NCBI GenBank assembly: GCA_963779755.1
Contig: CAVZZO010000003.1
Coordinates: 1,248,001-1,312,000, forward strand
DNA from: an uncultured Gemmatimonadales bacterium
GTDB lineage: Bacteria > Gemmatimonadota > Gemmatimonadetes > Gemmatimonadales > GWC2-71-9
Length of the DNA: 64,000 nucleotides
Direction of reading: 5' to 3'
In this document: piece by piece, positions 29,716 through 40,156 of the stretch
How positions within the stretch are numbered: position 1 is the stretch's first letter
Layout: every line of letters starts with the position of its first letter
Translations under genes and position numbers: made by a program
Notes under the pieces: model-generated
Told to the model about the DNA's origin: nothing
Seen by the model: only the letters and a program-made list of their open reading frames with translations
Database searches by the model: none

Positions 29716-30774
29716 ATGAGGGCGCACCTCGACGAGACCAAAATCCAGCGCCTGCTGCACGGACAGGCGAAGCCCGCAGAGGTCGAACAGATCCGCGGGC
29801 ATCTGGCGGTGTGCGCACGCTGCGCTCAGCGGGTGCGGGAATGGACGCCGCTCTTTCCCGAGGCCGCCGATGTGCTGCCTCCGGGCGAGCGCCTGCCGCC
29901 GCCGCTCCCGGGATCCGCGCCCCGGGTGGTGGTGCCCGAAGGCAACTATGCCTACGCCACCGGCCCGCGCCGGATCACCTTCCCCCGGGTGGCCGGAGCG
30001 CTGCTCCTGGTCGGATTGATGGTGGCCGCCTTCCTGCTGCGCGACCGCCTTCCCCGCTCCACCCCGCCCGGCATGGCCGAACTGCCGGAAACGGTGAGCA
30101 GCCCCAGCGTGACGCCCGCTGCGCTCACCTCAGACTCCGCCGACATTACGGCGCTCGGCGACACGGCATCGCCCCCCGCGGCAGCTTCGGCTGCTCCCGC
30201 CACGCCCCCGGCTCCGCCACCAAGGCGGGACACCACCGCCGCCCGGCCGCGGCAGCCGGCCCCAACCAGCGAGCCCACCGCCACCTTCCCGGTGCGCCGG
30301 CCGGAACCGCAGCAGCCGGCGCCCCGTCAGGCGCCGGCACAGGCGGTCCCATCACCTACGCCGGTCCCATCACCCACGCCGGCGGAAACCGCGCCGGCGG
30401 TCGCGGTGGCAGACCCCACCAGCGTACGCCGGGTGACGCTGGGCGATGCCATCCAGGCGCTCGGAGGGGAGGTGCGCCTGCTGCAGGGCATCACGCCCGA
30501 CCGGGTCGAGCTGGTCCCCTCGGGACAGGCCCGTGGGGCCACGCCGGGCATTCCCGTGGTACGGATTGCGTACAGCGAATCTTCCGGCCAGACCATCATT
30601 CTGGAAGAACAGCGGCTGCCTTCCCGCCAGGGGCCGGCCGAACCGCAGGTGTCGGTGGACAGCATCCCCGGCGGCCATGCCGCCACCTGGGTGGATCGTG
30701 CCGGCTTCCGGCTCAGCATCTCGGTCCCCGGCGATCAGAGCATGGTGCTGCGGATGGTGAATCGGGTGCAGTAG
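29716..30774 (+). CDS. Zinc-finger (zf-HC2) anti-sigma-like membrane protein
   Basis: HLAVCARC HxxxCxxC motif, single TM, Pro-rich linker. Confidence 0.7.
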   Translation: MRAHLDETKIQRLLHGQAKPAEVEQIRGHLAVCARCAQRVREWTPLFPEAADVLPPGERLPPPLPGSAPRVVVPEGNYAYATGPRRITFPRVAGALLLVGLMVAAFLLRDRLPRSTPPGMAELPETVSSPSVTPAALTSDSADITALGDTASPPAAASAAPATPPAPPPRRDTTAARPRQPAPTSEPTATFPVRRPEPQQPAPRQAPAQAVPSPTPVPSPTPAETAPAVAVADPTSVRRVTLGDAIQALGGEVRLLQGITPDRVELVPSGQARGATPGIPVVRIAYSESSGQTIILEEQRLPSRQGPAEPQVSVDSIPGGHAATWVDRAGFRLSISVPGDQSMVLRMVNRVQ

Positions 30775-30802
30775 GAGTGGGCAGAATAGCAGCGCGCCAG
30801 AG

Positions 30803-30862
30803 CGGGACCGGGGATCAGGAGTCAGGAGCGGAGATTTTGCCGTCCCGATTTCCCCATCCCTG
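30803..30862. repeat. Degenerate inverted 7-bp arrays
   Basis: cgggacc ggggatc aggagtc aggagcg ... tcccgatttccccatccctg. Confidence 0.45.
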
Positions 30863-30875
30863 TTGCTACGCCCCA

Positions 30876-30982
30876 GGTTTGAAACCAAACGCACCATGAG
30901 GGAGTCGGAGCGTAGCGGGGACCGCCGGATTTCGGCGGCAGCGTCGTAGAGCAGAACCGCAACGTGACTGTCGTATGAAGCC
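30876..30982. other. 107-bp imperfect palindrome, candidate structured RNA or REP-like element
   Basis: Central hairpin ccgccg-gattt-cggcgg; terminal arms match 12/19 and are symmetric about the same centre. Confidence 0.4.
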
Positions 30983-31012
30983 GGGAGGCCGGTTCGCGCT
31001 CAGCGCAACCGC

Positions 31013-32425
31013 CTACAGCGTTGCCCGCACCCGGAGCGCCGCATCGATTCGCTCCGCCAGCCACTCGGCCTCGTGCTTGTCCCGGATGCCCCGCCCCGCG
31101 GAAACTGTGCGTCCGCTCCTCAGCCGGATCCGCAGATCATAGAATACGCGGGACCCGGCCTGCATCCCGATCCGTGGGGTGATGCTGTCGATCTCCTCGG
31201 CGGTATAGGTCCGGCGGCGACCGCCGCCGAGCCAGCCACTAGTCACCGCCAGCTGCCCGTGATCGATTTCCAGCGTGGTAGTGCCCAGCCAGAGTCCCAG
31301 CGAGATCGCCAGCAGGAGCAGCCCGAACCCGCCGAAAACCAGCGGGAACAGGAGCGGCGCGCCCAGCTTGACGATGCCCCAGACGATGCCGAGCCATAGC
31401 AGGATGAAGCCTGATACCGAGGCCGCGGCCCCGGCGTTCCGCCCCGCCGGAAAGACGATGCTCGTCCCCCGCCGGTTTTCCGTCACCCGTATGGACGAGC
31501 CCGGGGGCTGATGATACTCCAGCGCCGTCTCCGTCGGATCCGCGGGGGCTGGCACCGGCGTTGCGCTCTCTGCCGTACGAAAGACCGGGACTTCGAAGAC
31601 CGCGTCGTAGTCCACCCCCGGCATCGAGGCATGCGCCCGCAGCCGCCACAGCACCCGGTCGCCGGCGGTTCCGCCGCTGGGCTGAACCAGGGCGGCAATA
31701 GGAATATCGAACGCCAGCGCGACTCCGTGCGGGGCGGGGCTGGCGTTTGCCTCCTGCTCCTCCTGCCAGAGGATATGCTCCGAGGTCGAACGGTTGCGGC
31801 CCGACCCGGTGGTGACCCGGTGCACACAGGTGAGCTCGACTCGGCAGGGCTGCCCGGCCGGAAGGCCGGTCGTGGTCTGCACCGTGCCGGCGATGTGGCG
31901 GCCGATGACTCCCGGCAGGGTGGACAGCTCCAGCGTGGAAGCGCCGAAGCGGAAATAGCGCAGGGTGGTGTGCACCGCCCAGGCGAGCAGCCCCACCCCA
32001 ACCAGAGGGAAGAGCAGAACCACCAGCGCCGCCCGCTTGCCCTGCTGCATGCCCTGGGGCACCGCCAGCACGGCCGCGGGGATCGAGATGAGGTTCCAGA
32101 AGAGCGCGAAGATCCAGGCCATCGCCATCCCGCCGCGGCTGGCATCCTGGATCCGGCCTGCGGCCCAGTCTTCCCGCCACATCCAGGGCTCTTCCGGCTG
32201 CCGGGCCTCTACGGCAGCCTGGCGGGCCTGAGCCCGCCGGCCCCGCACCGCGGCCGCCAGCAACCCGAACCCCGCTCCACCGAAGGTCAGCGCGAAGATG
32301 GAGAAAAACCCCGCTTCGCTCCACTGCCCGTGCAGCGCGAACCAGATGGCGCCGGCAGCCGTTCCCACCCCTACGGCGCAGAATGGCAGGAGAAACAGTA
32401 CTGTGCAGCCGAAGCCGGCGTTCAG
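31013..32425 (-). CDS. Hypothetical multi-pass membrane protein
   Basis: Three TM pairs, PWMWREDW and WNLIS motifs; probable CTG start overlapping the upstream TGA. Confidence 0.7.
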   Translation of the reverse strand: MNAGFGCTVLFLLPFCAVGVGTAAGAIWFALHGQWSEAGFFSIFALTFGGAGFGLLAAAVRGRRAQARQAAVEARQPEEPWMWREDWAAGRIQDASRGGMAMAWIFALFWNLISIPAAVLAVPQGMQQGKRAALVVLLFPLVGVGLLAWAVHTTLRYFRFGASTLELSTLPGVIGRHIAGTVQTTTGLPAGQPCRVELTCVHRVTTGSGRNRSTSEHILWQEEQEANASPAPHGVALAFDIPIAALVQPSGGTAGDRVLWRLRAHASMPGVDYDAVFEVPVFRTAESATPVPAPADPTETALEYHQPPGSSIRVTENRRGTSIVFPAGRNAGAAASVSGFILLWLGIVWGIVKLGAPLLFPLVFGGFGLLLLAISLGLWLGTTTLEIDHGQLAVTSGWLGGGRRRTYTAEEIDSITPRIGMQAGSRVFYDLRIRLRSGRTVSAGRGIRDKHEAEWLAERIDAALRVRATL

Positions 32426-33285
32426 TGATCCTCCCGCGCTGGTCCGGTCTCCACCGGAGTGTCGGGCCGGGCTCCCCATTCCGCCCAGGAGCCGTCGTAC
32501 AGCTGCGCCGGGGGGAGGCCGAGGGTCTCCAGGGCGAGCAGGAGCGCACAGGCCGAGGTGCCCGACCCGCACAGGGCAATCATCGGCCGGCGCGCGTCCA
32601 GCCCCCTGTCCGCCAGTAGTGCCCGCAGCTCGTCGGCTGACCGCAAGGTGCCGTGGGGAGAAACCAGGTCCGGGTAGGGCAGATTCCGGCTGCCGGGAAC
32701 GTGGCCTCCTCGCACACCTTCCCGTGGCTCCGGTTCGGTGCCCGCAAAGCGTCCGGCACTCCGCAGGTCGACGATCTGCGTATCTCGGGTCTGCGCCGCC
32801 CGCAGGACAGCGGCCAGGTCGGCAACGCGGCCCGGCTCCGGTCGGGCCGTGAAATCACCCCGGGGAGGAGCGATTTGCTCCGCCTGGACCGGGCGCCCTT
32901 CCCGTCGCCACCGGCCAAACCCGCCGTCGAGCACCGCCACGGCCGGATGGCCAAAGACCCGGAACATCCACCAGACCCGCGCGGCGCTCAGATTGGTCCC
33001 CGAGCCATCGTAAACCACGATGCGGCTTGCGGCCCCTATGCCGAGGCTGCGGGCGGCGTCAGTAAACCGGTCGGGCCGGGGCAGCATGTGCGGCCGCGGA
33101 TCGGGAGCACTGACGGCGTCGAGATCGACGAAGACGGCTCCAGGAATATGGGCGGCCGCATACTCGGCCCGGGGATCGCGGCCGCTCGCGGGCAGGTACC
33201 AGGAAGCGTCCAGGACGACCAGGTCGGGCTCGCCCAGCCGGGCCTCCAGCCAGGCGGGCGAGACCAGCGGCGGCAACGTCGGCAC
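32422..33285 (-). CDS. sseA: 3-mercaptopyruvate sulfurtransferase / rhodanese
   Basis: [24 protein letters not shown] active site, LYDGSWAEW. Confidence 0.92.
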   Translation of the reverse strand: MPTLPPLVSPAWLEARLGEPDLVVLDASWYLPASGRDPRAEYAAAHIPGAVFVDLDAVSAPDPRPHMLPRPDRFTDAARSLGIGAASRIVVYDGSGTNLSAARVWWMFRVFGHPAVAVLDGGFGRWRREGRPVQAEQIAPPRGDFTARPEPGRVADLAAVLRAAQTRDTQIVDLRSAGRFAGTEPEPREGVRGGHVPGSRNLPYPDLVSPHGTLRSADELRALLADRGLDARRPMIALCGSGTSACALLLALETLGLPPAQLYDGSWAEWGARPDTPVETGPAREDH

Positions 33286-33481
33286 AGCGTCCAGAATCCC
33301 TCCAGGAAGAGGCGATTACCGGCGGGAAAAGGTGACCAGCCAATGTAAACGTCCTCTGGGAGTGCGGAAGAAGCGCAGATAGCTGCGCGATGAGTTATGT
33401 CAAGACGGTTTCCAGAATGAAATTGATGTGTAGTTTTAGAGTCCCCCCAACGCACCACCTTTGGAGATGCCGGCCATGCCG

Positions 33482-34801
33482 ATGTACCGGATCCGGCGGG
33501 CAGACGGCGGCGAGCTGGTCTGCCGGTCCTTCGACGAATTCCACCGGGCCGTCCATACCGGTCGGATCGACGAGGACGCAGAGGTGCTGCACGATCGTTC
33601 CGGCCGCTGGATGTCGGTACGCCTGCACCCCCATTTCAGCCGGGCACGTCACACCCCGCTGCCCAGCCGGCCGGCTCCACGCAAGGCTGCCGCTCCGGCT
33701 CCCGGCGCGCCGAGGCCCCGCACGCCGAAACCGGCGAGGCCGGCTCCGCCCCCGCCGCTGCCCGACCTCGAGTTCGAACTACTCGAGATCGAGCCGGAGC
33801 CGCCGCCATGCCCGCCAGCACCCAGGGAGCAACCGGTCGCTGCTCCATCTCCCCGCTCCGTGGTGGTTCCGCCGCCCCCGACGGAGAGCCCGGCCATGGT
33901 CAGGCCGGCGGGCGCGGCCCCACCGGCGCCGCCGGTCGAGGCCCGGGAACCGCCGGGGAGAGCGGCGGACACGCCGCGCGTCCGGGCTGCCCGCGCCATG
34001 AATTCCGCCCGGCGCCGCGGGCGGAAGCAGCCGCCGCCGGTCAATTTCCGCTGGGTGCTCCCGCTCCTCGGGGCCGGCCTGCTCGCCGCCTGGCTGCTGC
34101 AGTCGCCCGAACCCCTGCTCTTCCACGGCAGCGAGGCGGCGCGCGGGTCGGCGCCCGGGGTGTTTCACCACCATCGCCCGTCCGCACCCGGCCGCCGGCC
34201 GGCGCCGGAGGCCTCGGTAGCGTTCGGCGAGCGGTCTTCCCTTGCCAGCCTGACGCAGCGATATCAGGATGCCTATGGCGGGGCGCAGCGCGAGGTTTCC
34301 GATGCGCTCGGGCTGGTGGATTTCCCCGGACTGTTCTCCCCCGGCCGCCTCGCCCCCGCGCGGTTGCGGGCGACCCGGCGCGCACTCACGGAGGCGGCCA
34401 ACATCCTCAGGGACTACCGTAACCGGCAGATCCGGATCGAGCAGACCTATGCCGCCACCGCCCTGGGGCTCACCCGCGCCGGGGCGTGGCCGGCCGGGCA
34501 GGATCGGGAGTGGCGCCACCATCCGGTCCTGCGCGAATCCTTCGAAACGGGGCAGCGGATGGACGATCTGCTGAACGGCGCGGACAGCCTGCTGGCCTTT
34601 CTGGCCGGGCAGGCGGGCGGCTATCGTGTCGAGGCGGCGCGGCTGGTCTTTGCCGACCCGGCCGCCGCGCGCCGCTACCGCACCCAGCGCGCGAGCCTGA
34701 TCCAGGAGGCCGGGGCCGGGGGCGGCGATCGCGCGCCCTTCAGCCTGCGGGTCCTGGCCGCGGGGCTGCGCGACCCGCTGCCGCCAGAGGGCATGCCCTG
34801 A
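33482..34801 (+). CDS. Hypothetical bitopic membrane protein (paralog of 42646-44580)
   Basis: N-terminal MYRI..W..HPHF domain, Pro-rich linker, TM, helical C-domain; start could be 33467 or 33476. Confidence 0.72.
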   Translation: MYRIRRADGGELVCRSFDEFHRAVHTGRIDEDAEVLHDRSGRWMSVRLHPHFSRARHTPLPSRPAPRKAAAPAPGAPRPRTPKPARPAPPPPLPDLEFELLEIEPEPPPCPPAPREQPVAAPSPRSVVVPPPPTESPAMVRPAGAAPPAPPVEAREPPGRAADTPRVRAARAMNSARRRGRKQPPPVNFRWVLPLLGAGLLAAWLLQSPEPLLFHGSEAARGSAPGVFHHHRPSAPGRRPAPEASVAFGERSSLASLTQRYQDAYGGAQREVSDALGLVDFPGLFSPGRLAPARLRATRRALTEAANILRDYRNRQIRIEQTYAATALGLTRAGAWPAGQDREWRHHPVLRESFETGQRMDDLLNGADSLLAFLAGQAGGYRVEAARLVFADPAAARRYRTQRASLIQEAGAGGGDRAPFSLRVLAAGLRDPLPPEGMP

Positions 34802-35790
34802 TGCAGGCGATGGTGCTCGAAGCTCCGGGCACCCCGCTGCGACAGCTCGAACGGCCGAAGCCCGCGGCCGCCCCGGGCCAGGTGGTGCTGCGCGTGCTGG
34901 CCTGTGGCGTCTGCCGCACCGACCTGCACGTGGTGGACGGCGAACTTCCCCATCCCGCCCTGCCGCTCATTCCCGGCCATGAGATCGTCGGTCGGGTCGA
35001 AGCCTGCGGGCCCGGCGTCGACCAGCTCGAGCCCGGCCAGCTGGTCGGCGTGCCCTGGCTGGGGTGGACCTGCGGCGTCTGCGAGTACTGCCGCTCGGGT
35101 CGGGAGAATCTCTGCCGCCGGGCCCGCTTTACCGGATATCAGATCGACGGCGGCTATGCCGAATACACCGCGGCAGACGCGCGCTACTGCTTCCCGATAC
35201 CGCAAGGGTACGATCCCGTCACGGCGGCTCCGCTGCTCTGCGCCGGAATGATCGGCCATCGTTCGCTGCGAGCGGCGGGTGACGCGAACCGGCTCGGCCT
35301 CTATGGTTTCGGAGCGGCGGCACACATCGTCGCCCAGGTGGCCCGCCACCAAGGGCGGCGGGTCTTTGCCTTTACCCGCGCGGGCGATCACGAGGCCCAG
35401 GCATTCGCGCGCTCGCTGGGCGCCGAGTGGGCGGGCCCGTCCGACGGGCTCCCGCCGGAGCCGCTGGATGCCGCGATCATCTTCGCGCCGGTGGGCGCGC
35501 TGGTACCCGCCGCCCTGCGCGCCATCCGCCCTGGCGGCACGCTCGTCTGCGCCGGAATCCACATGTCCGACATTCCGTCCTTTCCCTACCGCATTCTCTG
35601 GGAAGAGCGGGTCATTCGCTCCGTCGCCAACCTGACGCGGGCGGACGGCCGCGAGTTCCTCCGGCTGGCTCCGCAGGTACCGGTGCGGACGGAAACCGTC
35701 ACCTTCCCGCTGGCGCAGGCCAACCAGGCGCTGGCGCGGTTGCGCGAGGGGCGGCTGCGCGGCGCCGCGGTGCTGATCCCGCCGGGATGA
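34801..35790 (+). CDS. Zinc-dependent alcohol dehydrogenase family protein
   Basis: CRTDLH, GHEIVG, CGVCEYC..ENLC, GFGAAAH. Confidence 0.93.
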   Translation: MQAMVLEAPGTPLRQLERPKPAAAPGQVVLRVLACGVCRTDLHVVDGELPHPALPLIPGHEIVGRVEACGPGVDQLEPGQLVGVPWLGWTCGVCEYCRSGRENLCRRARFTGYQIDGGYAEYTAADARYCFPIPQGYDPVTAAPLLCAGMIGHRSLRAAGDANRLGLYGFGAAAHIVAQVARHQGRRVFAFTRAGDHEAQAFARSLGAEWAGPSDGLPPEPLDAAIIFAPVGALVPAALRAIRPGGTLVCAGIHMSDIPSFPYRILWEERVIRSVANLTRADGREFLRLAPQVPVRTETVTFPLAQANQALARLREGRLRGAAVLIPPG

Positions 35791-36818
35791 TTGTGAGCCA
35801 GGTCATGGCCATCCGCGGCCCCTGGCAGCCACCCATGGGCATGCGGGCGAAGACGTTCTGGGAACTGATCAAGACAACGCTGGCAGGATACGACAGCGAT
35901 GACATTCCGCGGCACGGGGCGGCGTTGTCGTTCTACACGCTGTTTTCCATCGCACCGCTGCTGATGATCGTGATCGCCATTGCCGGCGCCCTCTTCGGCG
36001 AGCAGGCGGCCCAGGGGCGTATCGTCACGGAGATCCACAACCTGGTGGGTGACGGCGGCGCACGGGCGGTCCAGTCCATTCTGGCCAACGCCTCGGTTTC
36101 GACGCGGAGCATCCCCGCCGCCATCATCGGGATCGTCACCTTCTTCATGGGCGCAACCGCGGCGTTCACCGCGTTGCAGGGAGCGCTCAACGCGGTGTGG
36201 AACGTTCGGCCCCATCCCAAGAGCCCGGTGCGGAGCTTTCTCAAGAACCGGCTGCTGTCCTTCGGGATGGTGCTGGGGATCGGCTTCCTGCTGCTGGTGA
36301 GCCTGCTGATCAGCGCCGCCATCAACGCCTTGTCCGGCTATCTGGGCGACGCCTTCCCGGGGGCGCCGCTCCTGTGGCAGGGAGTGAACTCCCTCCTCTC
36401 GTTCGTGGTCACAACCACGCTGTTCGCGATGATCTTCATCGTGCTGCCGGACGTGGTGCTCAAGTGGCGGGATGTCTGGCGGGGCGCCGCGATTACGGCC
36501 CTCTTCTTTACCATCGGAAAATTTCTGATCGGGCTCTATCTGGGCCGCAGTTCGATCGCCTCCAGCTACGGCGCCGCCGGCTCGCTGGTGGTCATCCTGT
36601 TCTGGGTCTATTACTCCTCGCAGATCATGCTGCTGGGCGCGGAGTTCACCCAGGCCTATGTGAACCGCTTCGGGGCCCGTATCCGTCCGGCCCCCTACGC
36701 CGTCCTGCTGGAGACCGGCCCCAGCGATCCGATGCCGGACCCGCCCGAGCCGGGACACGATGGGGCCGGGGCGGGCGCCGACCAGCCGGAAGCACACCCC
36801 CGGACCCGCCCAGTCTGA
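35787..36818 (+). CDS. YihY/virulence factor BrkB family protein
   Basis: AALSFYTLFSIAPLL, LQGALNAVW, YGAAGSLVVILFWVYYSSQIMLLGAE. Confidence 0.92.
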   Translation: MIVSQVMAIRGPWQPPMGMRAKTFWELIKTTLAGYDSDDIPRHGAALSFYTLFSIAPLLMIVIAIAGALFGEQAAQGRIVTEIHNLVGDGGARAVQSILANASVSTRSIPAAIIGIVTFFMGATAAFTALQGALNAVWNVRPHPKSPVRSFLKNRLLSFGMVLGIGFLLLVSLLISAAINALSGYLGDAFPGAPLLWQGVNSLLSFVVTTTLFAMIFIVLPDVVLKWRDVWRGAAITALFFTIGKFLIGLYLGRSSIASSYGAAGSLVVILFWVYYSSQIMLLGAEFTQAYVNRFGARIRPAPYAVLLETGPSDPMPDPPEPGHDGAGAGADQPEAHPRTRPV

Positions 36819-36909
36819 ACCCCGGGTGAATGCGGTCCGACCGGGGGCCGCTATGTTCCCCTGCATGTCCGCGCCACCCGGCCATCCCGGCCCATCCCGG
36901 CCGCAACCC

Positions 36910-37281
36910 ATGCGGCTCTTCCCCCGTGCCGGGCGGCTCTTCTGGCGCGCCGCCCGGCTGCGCTGTCCCGTCTGTGGCAGCGGCGGCCTCTTCGCCTCGT
37001 GGTTCCGCATGCGCCAGCACTGCCCCCGCTGCGGCCTGCCCCTGCATCGGTCGGAGCCCGGCTACCAGGTGGGCTCCTACATGTTCAACATCATTGCGGC
37101 CGAGCTGATCTTCGTGGCGCTGTTCGTGGGGGCGCTGCTGGCGACCTGGCCCTCCCCGCCCTGGCGGTGGCTGCAGTACGGCGGTGCGGCGCTGATGGTC
37201 GCGGCCCCGGCCGTGTTCTATCCCTACCGCAAGACGCTGTTTCTCGCCTTCGACCTGCTCTTCCGCCCCGAGCACCAGTAG
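36910..37281 (+). CDS. DUF983-like zinc-ribbon membrane protein
   Basis: RCPVCGSGGLF..CPRCG followed by two TM segments. Confidence 0.75.
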   Translation: MRLFPRAGRLFWRAARLRCPVCGSGGLFASWFRMRQHCPRCGLPLHRSEPGYQVGSYMFNIIAAELIFVALFVGALLATWPSPPWRWLQYGGAALMVAAPAVFYPYRKTLFLAFDLLFRPEHQ

Positions 37282-37347
37282 CAGGCACCTCAGGTCGCAT
37301 TCATGCCCCGGGGCTGCTCGAGAGCCTCCTGAACGGATTGGCACAGG

Positions 37348-37381
37348 CCGGAGCCCCGGGGGACCGTCCCCGGGGCTCCGG
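37348..37381. terminator. GC hairpin between convergent genes
   Basis: ccggagccccgggg / ccccggggctccgg stem. Confidence 0.6.
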
Positions 37382-37404
37382 TGTGCGCTTCCGCGCGATC
37401 CCGT

Positions 37405-37863
37405 CTACTTGATCAGGATCTTGCTGGAGGGTTCGGGTTTGTCCTTGGGCAGATGCACCACCAGGATGCCGTCCTGATAGGAAGCTTCGATCTTGCCCGG
37501 GATCACCGGGGTCGGAAGCCGCACGCTGCGGACGAACCGGCCGAGCTCGCGTTCCCGCCAGAGATAGGTTTCGCCTTCCTTCTCTTTCAGCATGTCCCGC
37601 TTACCGGTGATGGTCAGGATATCACCGGTGTAGTTGAGATCGAGGTTCTCCTTGTGGATGCCCGGCGCCTCGAGGCGCACGACATACTCCTTGTCGTTCT
37701 CGCTCAGATCGAATGCCGGGACCCATTCCGTCATGGGCGTAGCGGCTTCGAACGGTGAGAACATCGGTTCATTGAAGAATGGGGTGCTGAAGAACCGATC
37801 GAAAGCCCGATCGATATCCTCTTTCACCCGGCCCAGTGCGGGGGCGGCCTTGACGAGTTTCAT
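37405..37863 (-). CDS. Hsp20/alpha-crystallin small heat-shock protein
   Basis: PAFDLSE, EAPGI, RERELGRFVRSVRLP, ASYQDGILVVHLPK; GGAGG RBS. Confidence 0.93.
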   Translation of the reverse strand: MKLVKAAPALGRVKEDIDRAFDRFFSTPFFNEPMFSPFEAATPMTEWVPAFDLSENDKEYVVRLEAPGIHKENLDLNYTGDILTITGKRDMLKEKEGETYLWRERELGRFVRSVRLPTPVIPGKIEASYQDGILVVHLPKDKPEPSSKILIK

Positions 37864-38035
37864 ACCCACCTCCTGTGAGAGCGTACTCCGCCAGCACCAC
37901 TACTGTAACAGCGAGGGCGTGAACCGGGGTTGAAGGCGCCGTGAAACCCGGCGCCATCCGCCCGCATGTCTGACCCGCCGCCCAGATACCGTTATGTTGT
38001 GTAGGGATATTGACGACGCATAGCGAGGAGGCTCC

Positions 38036-38332
38036 ATGGCAACCAAGAGACAGAAAGTCGCAAAGAAGGCAAAGAAGGTCGCCCGGAAGACGGCGACGAA
38101 GGCAGCCCGGAAGACGGGCAAGACGGCGCGCACGATAGCCCGGAAGGCGGGCAAGGCCATCGGCACCGCCCGGAAGAAGCTGGAACAGGCGGCGGCGCGG
38201 CGGCGGCGGAAGCAGAAACTGCAGAAAGCCGGCAAGGCGCTGAAGAAGGCGGGCAAGGCCGCCGCAGTGGCCGGCGCGGCGGCCGCCGCGGTGGTGGCCG
38301 CGCGCCAGGTTGCCAGGAAGCGGCGCGGCTAG
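38036..38332 (+). CDS. Small Lys/Ala/Arg-rich basic protein (histone H1-like composition)
   Basis: GAGGAGG RBS; ARKT/ARKA repeats; hydrophobic AAAVAGAAAAAVVAA tail. Confidence 0.72.
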   Translation: MATKRQKVAKKAKKVARKTATKAARKTGKTARTIARKAGKAIGTARKKLEQAAARRRRKQKLQKAGKALKKAGKAAAVAGAAAAAVVAARQVARKRRG

Positions 38333-38338
38333 CGGGAC

Positions 38339-39415
38339 ATGCAGTTCCTGGACTATCCATTTTACGGCAACACGCTGCGGGCCTGGGCCATCGCGCTGGC
38401 GGTGGGCCTGGGCACGCTGCTGGTCCTCCGGCTCATTCTGCAGATCCTGCGCAACCGGATCGGCGCCTGGTCCAAACGCACCGCGACCCGGTACGACGAC
38501 CTGGTCGCCTATGTGCTGAGCCGGACCCGGATCTTCTTCCTGCTGATGCTGGGGCTCGACGCCGGCTCCTTCTTTCTCCACCTGGCGGCGCGCGACCGCA
38601 AACTCATCGGCACCGTCAGCGCCCTGGCGTTCATTCTCCAGGGTGGGCTGTGGGCCTCCGCGGCCCTCGCCTTTCTGGTTTCGGACTACCGCCGCCGCAA
38701 GCTGGAGGAAGACCGCGCAACCGTCACCATGGTGGGCGCGATCAACTTTCTGCTGCAGCTGGTGCTCTGGTCGGCCGTGCTGCTCATCGCGCTGCAGAAC
38801 ATGGGGATCGAAGTCACCACCCTCATTACCGGCCTGGGCGTGGGCGGCGTGGCGGTGGCCCTGGCGGTGCAGAACATCCTGGGCGATCTCTTCGCCTCGC
38901 TCGCCATTGTGCTGGACAAGCCCTTCGTCATCGGCGATTTCATCATCGTCGACGATTGCCTGGGATCGGTGGAACGGGTCGGCCTCAAGACCACCCGGGT
39001 GCGCAGCCTGGGCGGCGAGCAGATCATCTTCTCCAACGCCGACCTGCTGAAGAGCCGCATCCGGAATTACGGCCGGATGATGGAGCGGCGCGTGGTGTTC
39101 GCCCTCGGCGTCACCTACCAGACGCCCCGGGAGAAGCTCAAGATCATCCCGGGCATCATCCGCGAGGCCATCGAGGCACAGGACAAGACCCGGTTCGACC
39201 GCTCACATTTCCTCAAGTACGGCGACTTCTCGCTGGATTTCGAGTCGGTGTACTACGTGCTGAGCCCGGACTACAACGTGTACATGGACCGGCAGCAGGC
39301 CATCAACCTGCACATTCACGAGCGGTTCGAGGCCGAAGGCATCGAGTTCGCCTATCCGACCCAGACGCTCTATCTCATGCAGGAAGACCGGGAGGCGGCG
39401 CCCGCCGCGCCCTGA
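38339..39415 (+). CDS. MscS family mechanosensitive channel
   Basis: GLGVGGVAVALAVQNILGD, DKPFVIGDFI, VERVGLKTTRVR, FAYPTQT. Confidence 0.93.
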   Translation: MQFLDYPFYGNTLRAWAIALAVGLGTLLVLRLILQILRNRIGAWSKRTATRYDDLVAYVLSRTRIFFLLMLGLDAGSFFLHLAARDRKLIGTVSALAFILQGGLWASAALAFLVSDYRRRKLEEDRATVTMVGAINFLLQLVLWSAVLLIALQNMGIEVTTLITGLGVGGVAVALAVQNILGDLFASLAIVLDKPFVIGDFIIVDDCLGSVERVGLKTTRVRSLGGEQIIFSNADLLKSRIRNYGRMMERRVVFALGVTYQTPREKLKIIPGIIREAIEAQDKTRFDRSHFLKYGDFSLDFESVYYVLSPDYNVYMDRQQAINLHIHERFEAEGIEFAYPTQTLYLMQEDREAAPAAP

Positions 39416-39430
39416 TCGCTCCAGCCGACC

Positions 39431-40156
39431 ATGACACCGGAGGGGGCCGGCGGGGCTGCCGCCCGCTGGTTCGAGGCGGCCGCGCGCCGGCTCCACAGCA
39501 CCGCCACGGCCGCCGGCCTGCTGCTGCTGACGGCGTTTCTGCTCACGCTGGCCGGGCTGCTGCTGTTCGGCTGGATCGCTGTGGAGGTCCACAGCCACCG
39601 CGCGGACCCGCTGGACGTTCGCATCCTGGTGGCGGCCCAGGCCGCCCGCCGCCCCGCGCTCACGCTGGCGATGCGGGGTGCCTCCCTGGTCGGCTCCGGG
39701 ACTATCGCCATCCCCGCCGCCCTGGCCCTCATGGGGTGGCTGTTCTACCGCCGGCGCCGCCGGGCCGCCCTGCTCTACCTCGGCGCGTGCCTCACCGGCT
39801 GGGCGCTGAACGGCATCACCAAGGAACTCTTCCGGCGCGCCCGGCCTGCCATGGTGACTCATATCGGTCCCGCCGGCTGGTACTCCTTCCCTTCCGGACA
39901 CGCCATGCTGGCGCCGCTGGTGTTCGGCCTGGGAGCGCTGCTGCTGCTGCGGCGCTCGTCCCCCGCCCGGCGAGTCGCCGCTCTGGTGGTAGTCTCCGCG
40001 CTCATCCTGCTCATCGCCTGCTCCCGGGTGTATCTGGGCGCCCACTATCCCAGCGACGTGCTGGCGGCGCTGGCCGCGGGGACCGGGTGGGGAGCGCTCT
40101 GGGTGCTGGTGGCCGAGGGAGTGGGCAGGGCGGGCAGAACGGGCGAAGTGGACTGA
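39431..40156 (+). CDS. PAP2 family phosphatase
   Basis: KELFRRARP, SFPSGH, SRVYLGAHYPSDV. Confidence 0.92.
   Translation: MTPEGAGGAAARWFEAAARRLHSTATAAGLLLLTAFLLTLAGLLLFGWIAVEVHSHRADPLDVRILVAAQAARRPALTLAMRGASLVGSGTIAIPAALALMGWLFYRRRRRAALLYLGACLTGWALNGITKELFRRARPAMVTHIGPAGWYSFPSGHAMLAPLVFGLGALLLLRRSSPARRVAALVVVSALILLIACSRVYLGAHYPSDVLAALAAGTGWGALWVLVAEGVGRAGRTGEVD

Noticed and set aside
30863..31012. tRNA, tmRNA, SRP RNA or integron attC site
   Set aside because: No cloverleaf or CCA end, no SRP GGAA-loop motif, no RYYYAAC/GTTRRRY ends and no integrase.
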